Made by a program: the position numbers and the translations under genes | Shown: positions 40,294 to 49,227 of the stretch, in pieces | Numbering within the stretch: the first letter of the stretch is position 1 | Layout: each line of letters opens with the position of its first letter | Assembly: GCA_963823345.1 (NCBI GenBank) | Contig: CAWGLE010000022.1 | Span: 227,656-291,655, forward strand | Direction of reading: 5' to 3' | DNA: 64,000 nt | Origin: Candidatus Sulfomarinibacteraceae bacterium | Lineage (GTDB): Bacteria; Acidobacteriota; Thermoanaerobaculia; Thermoanaerobaculales; Sulfomarinibacteraceae | Notes under the pieces: generated by a model | Seen by the model: the letters and a program-made list of their open reading frames with translations, nothing else | The model's database searches: none | What the model was told of the DNA's origin: nothing

Positions 40294-40472
40294 CGGATTT
40301 CGGATTTCGGATTTCGAATTTCGAATTTTTCACCCGCCCACCCCGAGAGCTGGAGAGGCCAACGGCACCCGACGAATGTGGGCCCAACACCCCACCCTCC
40401 CTCAGGGCTGAGGATGGGAAACGGGGGAGGGTGGTTGGGAAATCCGAAATCCGAAATTCGAAATTCGAAATC
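40294..40472. repeat. inverted pair of heptamer arrays (ATTTCGG/ATTTCGA ... CCGAAAT/TCGAAAT) with about 107-nt G/C-tract-rich spacer
   Basis: Left array 40294-40330, right array 40438-40472, in the divergent DegT-like/ugd promoter region. Confidence 0.9.
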
Positions 40473-40522
40473 TCCGTTTGCTACCATGATCCAGCGACTT
40501 CGGGTCGCCTTCGGGAGTACAC

Positions 40523-41850
40523 ATGCACATCTGCGTCGTCGGCACCGGGTACGTGGGGTTGGTTACGGGCGCCTGTCTGGCGGATTTCGGGAACAGCGTG
40601 ACCTGTGTGGACAAGGACGAGGCAAAAATCGCCAAGCTCCACGAAGGCGTGATGCCGATCTACGAACCGGGGCTTGACACCCTGGTCGAAAAAAACGCGA
40701 AGGCGGGACGGCTGCAGTTTTCGACCGACCTGGCGCCCGCCGTCAAAGAAGCGCTCGTCATCTTCATTGCAGTCGGCACCCCGCCGAAGGATGACGGCTC
40801 CGCCGATCTTTCCTATGTGATCCAGGTGGCCGAGTCGATCGCCGACAACCTCAACGGGTACAAGGTGGTGGTCACCAAGTCGACGGTTCCCACCGGTACG
40901 GGACAACTCATCGAACGGATCATCGGCGAACGAAGCTCGGGGGAAAACCCGTTTTCGGTGGTCTCCAACCCGGAGTTTCTCCGCGAAGGTTCCGCGATCG
41001 CCGATTTCATGCGCCCGGACCGGGTCGTCATCGGCGCCCGCGACACCCAGGCCGTGGCCATCATGAAGGACATCTACTCGCCGCTCTATCTGATCGAGAC
41101 CCCGTTCGTGATCACCAACGTGGAGTCGTCCGAGCTCATCAAGTACGCCTCGAACGCCTTTCTCGCGACCAAGATCACCTTCATCAACGAGGTCGCGGAG
41201 CTGTGCGAACGGCTCGGCGCCGACGTCCACCACGTTGCCAGGGGGATGGGGCTGGACAAGCGGATCGGGCCGAAGTTCCTCCACCCGGGTCCCGGGTACG
41301 GCGGATCGTGCTTCCCCAAGGACACTCAGGCCCTGACGGAGATCGCCCGTGAGGCCGGACGACCGTTCGAGATCGTGGAGACGGTGTCGCCGTCAACGAC
41401 CGCGTCAAATCCGGCGCCATCGAGCGCGTGCGCTCGGCCATGGGAAACGACGTGTCGGGGAAGCTGGTGGCGGTCCTCGGTCTCAGCTTCAAACCCGAAA
41501 CCGACGACATGCGCGACTCCCCGTCGATCCCCTTGATCGAGTCCCTCGTCGGCGACGGAGCGACCGTCAGGGCCTTCGACCCCGAGGCCATGGACAATGC
41601 CCGACAGCACCTTCCGGAGGATGTCGCATACTGCGCCGACTCCTACGAAGCGGTCGCCGGCGCCGACGCCCTGGTCATCGTCACCGAGTGGAATCAGTTC
41701 CGGTCCCTCGACATGAAGCGCATCCACGCGGCGCTCAAGCACCCCATCGTGATCGATCTGCGCAACGTTTACGATCCACAGCGGATGAAGGAACAGGGTT
41801 TCGACTATTTCAGCGTCGGACGGGCGGCAGCGAACCTGCCGTTCGCGTGA
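40523..41850 (+). pseudogene. ugd: UDP-glucose 6-dehydrogenase, frame broken near 41386-41388
   Basis: ICVVGTGYVGLVTGACL NAD motif and catalytic GGSCFPKD. After FEIVETV the expected VAVNDRVKSGAIERVRSAMGNDVSGK... is read in the frame of ORF 41428..41850 (one missing base). Confidence 0.85.
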
Positions 41851-41896
41851 CCCGATCGGCTTGACGCCGGCCCGGGCACGCACGACACTGAGGCCG

Positions 41897-42298
41897 ATGG
41901 CAAACGACGACCCGGTCCGACTCGACATCTGGCTCGACGTGTCCTGCCTGTTCAAGACCCGCTCTCAGGCTCAGACCGCGTGTCAGCGCGGGCAGGTCGA
42001 GGTCAACGGCGACCGCGGCAAAGCCCACCGCGCCGTCCGCGCCGGCGACACCATCGTCATCCACCTTCCGGGCGGGCGGCGTCGGACCATCGAGGTCGTC
42101 GAACTGGAGCGAACCAACGTGTCCAGGGCGCGAGCCCGCGAGCTCTACATCGACCACACGCCGCCACCGACCCCGGAAGAGCTCGAGCTGCGGCGGATGC
42201 AGCGCCTCTCCGCCCCACCCCGGAGAGAAAAGGGCGCGGGGGCGCCGAAGAAGCGCGAACGCCGTGATCTCCGCCGGCTGAAAGAGGAGTGGGACTGA
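41897..42298 (+). CDS. S4-domain RNA-binding protein (Hsp15/RluA-N-like)
   Basis: RLDIWLDVSCLFKTRSQAQTACQRGQVEVNG S4 motif with a basic C-terminal tail. The start could be 41861 or 41897. Confidence 0.6.
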   Translation: MANDDPVRLDIWLDVSCLFKTRSQAQTACQRGQVEVNGDRGKAHRAVRAGDTIVIHLPGGRRRTIEVVELERTNVSRARARELYIDHTPPPTPEELELRRMQRLSAPPRREKGAGAPKKRERRDLRRLKEEWD

Positions 42299-42409
42299 CA
42301 CCGACCGTTTCGTTCCACCACAGAAGAGCGGCGGTGCAGGTTAGAATGGCCGGACCCCCTTTCCGGAATTCCTGCAGGAGTGCCCCGGGGTGGGGTTATG
42401 GAGGTCTGA

Positions 42410-43735
42410 ATGAGTAAGGACGCCAACTGGGACATGCTGGTCGTCGGCGGCACCGTGTTGACGATGGAGCCCGGGTCCGAGCCGATCCGCAGCGGGGCCG
42501 TGGCCGTCGCCAACGGACGCATCGCCGCGGTCGGGCCGGCCGAGGAACTCCTCGAACTGGCGCCCTCGGGCGAGGTGCTCAACGCGGGGAACTGCATCAT
42601 CATGCCCGGTCTCGTCAACACCCACTCGCACCTCGCCATGACCGTTCTGCGCGGGATCGCCGACGACCTGCCCCTCAAACAGTGGCTCGAAGAACACATC
42701 TGGCCGGCCGAAAAGGAACACGTCAACCGCGATGTGGTGCGTCTCGGGACCGAGCTGGCGGCGGCCGAGCAGCTGCTGGCAGGGGTCACGACCACGACTG
42801 ACATGTACTTCTTCGGGGACGAGGTGTGCTCGGTACTGGCGGACGCCGGGATGCGGGGCGTCGTCGCCGAATCTCTGATCGGGTTCGCCACCCCCCGCTG
42901 CGCCACCAGCGACGAGATGATCGAAAAACAGCGCGATCTCATTGCGGCCTACTGCAAACACCCGCTGATCGTCCCGTCCGTGGCCGCCCACTCCCCGTAC
43001 AGCGTCAGCGCGAAGGACCTGGTTCGGGAAGCTGAACTCGCCGAAGAGTTCGGAGTGCCGATGCAGATCCACCTCTCGGAGACCTCATGGGAGGTGGAGC
43101 AGCTGCTCAGAGAGAAGGGCATGTCGCCAGTCGCCTACCTCGCCGATCTCGGTGTGCTCTCCGATCGAACGGTGGCTGCCCATTGCGTTCACGTCTCTCC
43201 CGAGGACATCGGCCTCCTCGCCGAGTTCGAAGCCGGGGTTTCCCACAATCCGGTCAGCAACCTCAAGCTCGGTTCTGGGATTTCGCCGGTGCCGGCATTG
43301 GTGGCCGCCGGTGTCAAGGTCGGCCTGGGGACCGACGGCGCCGCTTCCAACAACACCCTCAACCTCCTCCGCGACATGCAGATCGCCGCGCTCCTCCACA
43401 AAGGCACCACCGGTGACCCGACGGTCCTGCCCGCCCGGGCGATGATCGAAATGGCGACCGTTCAGGGTGCGAGGGTTCTCGGGCTCGCAAACCGGATCGG
43501 GACCCTGACTGAAGGTCGCGAGGCGGACCTCATCTGCGTCAAGGTCGAAGGTCCCCACGCCGCACCCATGTACGACCCGTTCTCCCACCTCGTCTTCGCC
43601 GCCCGCGCAACCGATGTTCGACACGTCGTGATTCGCGGCCGTATCATCGTTCGGAATCGCGCCCTCCAAACCCTCGATCTCGACCGGATCGAAAGCCAGG
43701 TCCGGGAGATCTCGGAGACCATTCGTTCGAGCTGA
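42410..43735 (+). CDS. mtaD: amidohydrolase, 5-methylthioadenosine/S-adenosylhomocysteine deaminase-like
   Basis: GLVNTHSHLAM metal-binding HxH motif. TDGAASNN. Typical length of 441 aa. Confidence 0.8.
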   Translation: MSKDANWDMLVVGGTVLTMEPGSEPIRSGAVAVANGRIAAVGPAEELLELAPSGEVLNAGNCIIMPGLVNTHSHLAMTVLRGIADDLPLKQWLEEHIWPAEKEHVNRDVVRLGTELAAAEQLLAGVTTTTDMYFFGDEVCSVLADAGMRGVVAESLIGFATPRCATSDEMIEKQRDLIAAYCKHPLIVPSVAAHSPYSVSAKDLVREAELAEEFGVPMQIHLSETSWEVEQLLREKGMSPVAYLADLGVLSDRTVAAHCVHVSPEDIGLLAEFEAGVSHNPVSNLKLGSGISPVPALVAAGVKVGLGTDGAASNNTLNLLRDMQIAALLHKGTTGDPTVLPARAMIEMATVQGARVLGLANRIGTLTEGREADLICVKVEGPHAAPMYDPFSHLVFAARATDVRHVVIRGRIIVRNRALQTLDLDRIESQVREISETIRSS

Positions 43736-43746
43736 AGGAGGCGACC

Positions 43747-44634
43747 ATGGCCGTTACACCGAAGACGATCCTCGCCGCAACCGATTTCTCGCCGACCGCC
43801 GACAAGGCAGCCGCGGTGGCGCGCGATCTCTGTCGGAGGTTCGACGCGGACCTCAGCATGCTGCACGTCGTTGTCATTCTCGACGACGTCGACCTCGAAA
43901 AGGAAGACCGCCGCCACCTCGACGAGTTGATGGCGAGCACCGGCGAGACCCGGCGCGCGGCCATGGAGAACGATGCCGAATCCCGAACCGGGATCGAGAT
44001 CACATCGCATCTGGTGCGGGGCATCACTCCGGGCGAGACCATCGTGGAGAGCGCGTCCACGTTCGGCTGCGACCTCATCGTCATGGGCACTCACGGGCGC
44101 CGCGGTCTGTCACACCTGCTGCTGGGATCGGTGGCGGAGCGGGTGGTCCGCACCTCGAAGGTCCCGGTCCTCACGGTCCGTTCGGATGCGGCCATCAACC
44201 CGGACGGGGTGCGGCGAATCCTCGTACCCCATGACTTCTCCACGGCCTCGACCGCCGCGATCGAGATCGCGGTCGGGTGGGCGCGCGTGCTCGAAGCCGA
44301 GATCACCCTTCTCCACGTCGTCGAACCGGTTGTCTATCCCGAGTTCTACTCGGTCGACCTGCTGCCCGACGACCTCATGGGGCGCCTCACGGCCCGGTCG
44401 GAGGAGGCGCTGCGGAAGGCGGCCGCCCAGTTCTCCGGGGCCGTTCCGATCCACACCGCCGTCGCGGTGGGCCGGGCGTCCGACAGCATCACGGCGTACG
44501 TCGACCCCGAGAAGTTCGACCTCGTCGTCATGGCCACCCGCGGGCTCTCCGGGCTCGAACACATGCTGTTGGGCTCGGTTGCGGAATCGGTGTTGCGGCG
44601 GAGCCGCGTGCCGATGCTCACGATTCCGGGCTGA
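43747..44634 (+). CDS. tandem-domain universal stress protein
   Basis: Two UspA domains, each ending in GSVAE..(V/L)R...VPVLT(V/I). Confidence 0.85.
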   Translation: MAVTPKTILAATDFSPTADKAAAVARDLCRRFDADLSMLHVVVILDDVDLEKEDRRHLDELMASTGETRRAAMENDAESRTGIEITSHLVRGITPGETIVESASTFGCDLIVMGTHGRRGLSHLLLGSVAERVVRTSKVPVLTVRSDAAINPDGVRRILVPHDFSTASTAAIEIAVGWARVLEAEITLLHVVEPVVYPEFYSVDLLPDDLMGRLTARSEEALRKAAAQFSGAVPIHTAVAVGRASDSITAYVDPEKFDLVVMATRGLSGLEHMLLGSVAESVLRRSRVPMLTIPG

Positions 44635-45226
44635 AACAGCCGGAGGCTGTTTCAGCCCGGAATCGTTGACGATTGACGGTGTTCATCGTTTGTTGAACGC
44701 CGTTCCGAAGGGTTGATTCAACCGCATCCGCGGCCCGATCGATGGCAGCCTCCGCCAGCGCCAGTTGGCTGCTGTCGAAGGGCGAGAGCACGTAGTCGGC
44801 GAGATCTCCCAGGGCCCCTTCGCCGCGGATTCCGACCCGCAGACGCGGGAAATCAGGTCCGATGTGATCGCAGATGTCGCGCAGTCCGTTGTGGGTTCCC
44901 GGGCCGCCGCGCGGACGCAGCCGTAGCGCGCCCAACGGCAGATCGACGTCGTCCACCACGACCAGGAGGTTTCGAGGTTCGAGATCGAGCTCGGCCAGCA
45001 CAGCTGCAGCCGCGGTGCCGGAGCGGTTCATGAAGGTCAATGGACGGGCCACCACGACCATCCGCCCCGGCGTGATCACGGCCAGTTCGCAGTTCGGGCG
45101 GACCATCCACTCCCCCGGGCCGCGCCGCCCCATGAGCACTGCGGTAACGTCGAAGCCGACATTGTGGCGCGTATGGGCGTACCGCGCCCCAGGGTTGCCC
45201 AAACCGAGGACGAGACCGACGGCCAC
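44618..45226 (-). CDS. pth: peptidyl-tRNA hydrolase
   Basis: GTG start. GLGNPGARYAHTRHNVGF motif. The last 15 codons read through the palindrome. Confidence 0.9.
   Translation of the reverse strand: MAVGLVLGLGNPGARYAHTRHNVGFDVTAVLMGRRGPGEWMVRPNCELAVITPGRMVVVARPLTFMNRSGTAAAAVLAELDLEPRNLLVVVDDVDLPLGALRLRPRGGPGTHNGLRDICDHIGPDFPRLRVGIRGEGALGDLADYVLSPFDSSQLALAEAAIDRAADAVESTLRNGVQQTMNTVNRQRFRAETASGCFSPES
44621..44665. terminator. perfect 21-bp inverted repeat (3-nt loop) spanning the overlapping 3' ends of usp and pth
   Basis: cgattccgggctgaaacagcc gga ggctgtttcagcccggaatcg. No flanking T-run, so terminator function is inferred only. Confidence 0.45.
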
Positions 45227-45252
45227 GGATCAGCCCGACAGTGCCGGTTGCG

Positions 45253-45945
45253 CTAGTCGGACTCCGATCCCTCCGCGGCCTTGCCCTTGCCGATGATCTC
45301 GGGTTCCGCAGCCCCACCCATGACCAGCGCTTCCTCGCCCTCCTCCTTGCCTTCTTCTTCGGCGGCGGCACGAGGCATTTCGACCACCACGACCACGCGG
45401 CGTTCGTCGCTGAGGAACCTGGCGCCCTCCGGGAGCTGGCCGGCGAGGTCGGACACCGCGAAGTGTTCCCCGAGGTCGAGTTTGCTGATGTCGACCACGA
45501 ACTTGTCGAACATGTCCTTCGGCAGGATCTCGACTTCGACCTCGCGCGACACGAAATCGACACGACCGCCGTGACGGACCCCGATGCAGTCACCGATCAG
45601 TTCCACCGGGATCTTCACCGACAATTTGTGACCTCGGGTGATCCGGATGAAGTCGATGTGGATGAACTTGCCGCTGATGGGGTCCGCCTGGAGCTCTTTG
45701 ATCATGGCAAGGCGCTCCTCATCGGAGTCCTTCAGCTTGAGCAGGAAAATGGTGTTCTCGCCCGCCGCGCTCTTGAGGATTTCCTTGACCGAGTGCTCGT
45801 CGACCGAAATCGCCACCGGACCGCGGTCGCCGCCGTACAGGACGGAAGGCACACGCCCCGAACGGCGCAGTCTCCCGGCTTCCTCGGAACCCCGGCCTTC
45901 ACGCATCTCGACAGTGATCGTAATCTCAGGACTCTTTAGTGACAT
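45253..45945 (-). CDS. rplY: 50S ribosomal protein L25 / general stress protein Ctc
   Basis: RGSEEAGRLRRSGRVPSVLYG L25 N-domain with an acidic C-terminal extension. Confidence 0.9.
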   Translation of the reverse strand: MSLKSPEITITVEMREGRGSEEAGRLRRSGRVPSVLYGGDRGPVAISVDEHSVKEILKSAAGENTIFLLKLKDSDEERLAMIKELQADPISGKFIHIDFIRITRGHKLSVKIPVELIGDCIGVRHGGRVDFVSREVEVEILPKDMFDKFVVDISKLDLGEHFAVSDLAGQLPEGARFLSDERRVVVVVEMPRAAAEEEGKEEGEEALVMGGAAEPEIIGKGKAAEGSESD

Positions 45946-45972
45946 TTCGCGAATCTCCCTTGTTGAATCTGA

Positions 45973-46920
45973 CTAGACAAAAAGGCTCGAGACCGACGCG
46001 CCTTCGTGGATACGGCGGATGGCCTCGCCGAGGAGAACCGCCAACGACAGCTGTTCCACCTTCGGGCAGGCTCTCGCCTTCTCGCTCAAGGCCAGGGTGT
46101 CGGTGACCATGACCTTTTCGATCGGGGATGCAATGATGCGGTCGATTGCCGGACCCGAAAACACCGGGTGGACGCCGGTCGCGTAGACAGACCTCGCACC
46201 GCGCTCTATCAGAGCTTCGGCCGAATGCGCAAGGGTGCCCGCGGTGTCGATGATGTCGTCGACGATCACGCAGTCGTGACCGTCGACGTTCCCGATGACG
46301 TTCATGATCTCCGCGCGGTTGGCCTCCGGGCGGCGTTTGTCCATGATGGCGAGGTCGACCTTGAGCCGCTTGGCGAAAGCTCGCGCCCGCTCGACCCCGC
46401 CGGCATCGGGTGAGACCAGCATCGGGTTGGCGAGCCCCTTGCGCCGGATGGCCTCGATGAGCACCGGAGCGGCGTACAGGTGGTCCACCGGGATGTCGAA
46501 GAAACCCTGGATCTGGGCCGCATGCAGGTCGATGGTGAGGACCCGGGTGGCCCCCGCCGTCGTGATCAGGTTGGCAACCAGCTTGGCGGTGATGGGAACC
46601 CGGGGAGCGTCCTTGCGATCCTGGCGGGCGTACCCCATGTACGGTATGACGACGCAGACCCTCGCAGGCGACGCCCGGCGAAAGGCGTCGAGCATGATGA
46701 GCAGCTCCATCAGGCTCTCGTTGGGCGGTGGTCCGGTGGGCTGAACGATGAAAACGTCCGAACCGCGGGCATTTTCCTCGATCTGGCAGTAGAGCTCGCC
46801 GTCGGAGAAATTCCCGAGGCGCACCCTTCCCATTTCGATCTGGAGGTATCCGCAGATCGACTCCGTCAGCGCCGGGTTGGCACGTCCGGAAAAGACCAGG
46901 AGTGGTTGCTCTTTCAGCAT
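45973..46920 (-). CDS. prs: ribose-phosphate pyrophosphokinase
   Basis: DLHAAQIQGFFDIPVDHL and VIVDDIIDTAGT PRPP-binding motifs. Confidence 0.95.
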   Translation of the reverse strand: MLKEQPLLVFSGRANPALTESICGYLQIEMGRVRLGNFSDGELYCQIEENARGSDVFIVQPTGPPPNESLMELLIMLDAFRRASPARVCVVIPYMGYARQDRKDAPRVPITAKLVANLITTAGATRVLTIDLHAAQIQGFFDIPVDHLYAAPVLIEAIRRKGLANPMLVSPDAGGVERARAFAKRLKVDLAIMDKRRPEANRAEIMNVIGNVDGHDCVIVDDIIDTAGTLAHSAEALIERGARSVYATGVHPVFSGPAIDRIIASPIEKVMVTDTLALSEKARACPKVEQLSLAVLLGEAIRRIHEGASVSSLFV

Positions 46921-46933
46921 GAATCGTCAGCCG

Positions 46934-47008
46934 TGGCTGGGGCGGCAGGATTCGAACCTGCGAATGCCGGATCCAAAGACCGGAGGCTTACCACTTGCCG
47001 ACGCCCCA
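46934..47008 (-). tRNA. tRNA-Gln (anticodon UUG), CCA encoded
   Basis: Minus-strand read tggggcg tc ggc aagtggtaa gcc t ccggt cTTTGGa tccgg cattc gcagg ttcgaat cctgc cgcccca g cca folds as a cloverleaf, closely resembling E. coli tRNA-Gln. Confidence 0.9.
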
Positions 47009-47189
47009 AGCGCCGCAGAGTATAACCGATTTTCGATCAACTCCGGACGCCGCCGGGACCCGCACAAAGGCCGCGCATGACGACAATCGGCACCGGCGGC
47101 GAATCGACCGGCTCGGTTGCAGCCAACCTCAGTGACCACAAGAGTTTCCGGACTGCGCCGGGAGGCCGGTGAGATCCTCGTGCTCACGT

Positions 47190-47585
47190 TCACTCCTTGT
47201 CGACGTCCGCGGTCGGGGCATCGGCGATCCAGAACTCATCGTTGAACAGCTTGCTTGACAAGCGATCGATCACCGACTCCCGGTCCTCGCTGCCGCCGCC
47301 CTTCGCGCCGCGATCCGCCACGGCCCGGTTTTCGACCGCCGTCGCGAACTCTTCCAGGACCTTTTTCTCGATCAGCTCCCTGGTCGCGCCGTCCAACGGG
47401 TGGGCCACGTCCCGCATCTGACCGTTGCGGGTCTTGCGCGCCGGCATCGTCACAAAGACCTGGCCCTCTCTGCCCTCGACCACCCGCAGGTCGTTGACGA
47501 TAAAGCAGTCGTCAAAAACGATGCTGGCGAATGCACGCACCTTGCCGCCCTTGGCCGGGCTGATTCGCACTTCGGTTACTTCCAC
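47190..47585 (-). CDS. spoVG: SpoVG-family nucleic-acid-binding regulator
   Basis: GTG start 5 nt after ggaggag. VEVTEVRISPAKGGKVRAFASIVFDDCFIVNDLRVVEG is the canonical SpoVG N-terminus. Confidence 0.85.
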   Translation of the reverse strand: MEVTEVRISPAKGGKVRAFASIVFDDCFIVNDLRVVEGREGQVFVTMPARKTRNGQMRDVAHPLDGATRELIEKKVLEEFATAVENRAVADRGAKGGGSEDRESVIDRLSSKLFNDEFWIADAPTADVDKE

Positions 47586-48505
47586 GATCGCTCCTCCTCT
47601 CGGTGTTCGCTCGGGAGGTTCAACAGACATGCCTGCCGCCGCCCCAGAGTCGAACCCACGTGCACCTGCCACTCGTTCCCGATTTCCCGCGCGGCCCGAC
47701 CGGCCGCCCGGGGATCTGCATATATCCCGAAAACCGCAGCACCCGATCCGGTGACCGCTGCGTGGAGCGGCCCGGTTTCCCGGACCGCGCGGACGACCCG
47801 CCCGACGACCGGCCACCGCTCGCCAACGGCCTCTTCGAGGTCATTGACCAGATCCCCCCACGGCGGGTCTCCCACTCCACCCTCGCGATGGCCCGCCGCG
47901 AAGGCCTCTACAGTAGCGTCAGGCCCTCGAGAGGTCAACCGACGACCTGCCTCTGCAAAGGCCAGAGCGGTGGAAACTTCAATTGGCGGCACGGCGATCA
48001 CGACGGCCAGGGGCCGCAGATCCGGTAGCGGTTCAACGATCTCGCCCCGGCCCCGACCGAGAGCGAACCCGCCGTGGAGAAAAAACGCCACGTCCGCCCC
48101 CACCCGTGCGGCGAGATCAGCCAGGGTCGCGGGCGAGAGACGCAGATTCCAGAGACGGTTCAGCGCCACGAGCGTGGCTGCAGCGTCTGCGGACCCCCCG
48201 CCGAGACCGGCACCGACCGGAATCCGCTTGCGCAGACGAATCATCGCGCCCCTTGTGGTACCCGTCCGCTCGCGCAGGGCCGAGACCGCGTGCACCACCA
48301 GATTGTCACTCCCGCCGGGGGCAGCTCCAACCGGCTCCACCGCGAGCTTCAGCCCGCTGCCGGGAGATTCGTCGATCGCGAGCTCATCGGCGAGGTCGAC
48401 ACTCTGGAACAGCGTCCACACCTCGTGGTTGCCGTCCGCTCTCGACCCGAGGATTTGAAGGTGAAGGTTGATCTTGCCGGGAACGGTCACCGATATCCGG
48501 TTCAC
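47576..48505 (-). CDS. ispE: 4-diphosphocytidyl-2-C-methyl-D-erythritol kinase
   Basis: KINLHLQILG and GHMP motif PVGAGLGGGSADAAA. GTG at 48505 overlaps the upstream stop (GTGA). Confidence 0.85.
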   Translation of the reverse strand: MNRISVTVPGKINLHLQILGSRADGNHEVWTLFQSVDLADELAIDESPGSGLKLAVEPVGAAPGGSDNLVVHAVSALRERTGTTRGAMIRLRKRIPVGAGLGGGSADAAATLVALNRLWNLRLSPATLADLAARVGADVAFFLHGGFALGRGRGEIVEPLPDLRPLAVVIAVPPIEVSTALAFAEAGRRLTSRGPDATVEAFAAGHREGGVGDPPWGDLVNDLEEAVGERWPVVGRVVRAVRETGPLHAAVTGSGAAVFGIYADPRAAGRAAREIGNEWQVHVGSTLGRRQACLLNLPSEHREEERSWK

Positions 48506-49227
48506 GGATGCTCGTCCACCACGCACCACGGCACGACGGGCAGAAGCGGCAGGTCACCGCCTTCGTGCCACTCGAGACGGATGAGCTCGAGTTCGGCCCA
48601 CCGGCGATTGCTGGTTTTCAGCCGCACGGCGCCGGGAACCGAACCGGTGTGGTTGGCGAGGGCGATCTCCCAACCGGGCCCGCCCCCCAGCTCTTCGACC
48701 GTCATCACACGCCAGGGTTCCGAAGCCACCTTGACCTCAGCCGCCCAACCCTCCCCCCTGATCAGGAGGCGGCCGTTGCCGGTCGGCGTGACGGTGTCAC
48801 CGGCGGCTGCCGGCAGCCTGCCGGCGAGCAGCAACACCGCCTGCGGCAGCGGCATGGCGCCGATTCCCAGAACCCTCGAAAGATCTGCGGATTCGAGGCG
48901 GCACCCCTCGCGCATATCGTAGAAGAACCCTCCCCCCGCACCGCTCCAGGCGGTCACCGACACTGCGGAGCCCATCGACTCCGAAATGGTCAGCCGGCCC
49001 GCGGTTCCAGAGGTCAGCACGGCCAGACGGAGACCGCCGGCCGTCGGAACCCGCAATCGGTACAACGCCGCCGGATCACCAGGCAGGGGAAGCATGAGTT
49101 GCGCCCGCGCCGATTCGAGGGCCGCCGGAGCGAATTCCGGGGCCGACGTCCGGCACCCGAGAGCCCCCACCGCCCCGACCAGGGCGGCGGCGGTCAGCCC
49201 GACCCTGATCAGGCTACTGCTCGGCAT
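48502..49227 (-). CDS. outer-membrane lipoprotein, LolB/DUF4292-like (positional assignment)
   Basis: Lipobox VGALGC. It sits immediately upstream of ispE, as lolB often does. Sequence similarity was not verifiable here. Confidence 0.5.
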   Translation of the reverse strand: MPSSSLIRVGLTAAALVGAVGALGCRTSAPEFAPAALESARAQLMLPLPGDPAALYRLRVPTAGGLRLAVLTSGTAGRLTISESMGSAVSVTAWSGAGGGFFYDMREGCRLESADLSRVLGIGAMPLPQAVLLLAGRLPAAAGDTVTPTGNGRLLIRGEGWAAEVKVASEPWRVMTVEELGGGPGWEIALANHTGSVPGAVRLKTSNRRWAELELIRLEWHEGGDLPLLPVVPWCVVDEHP

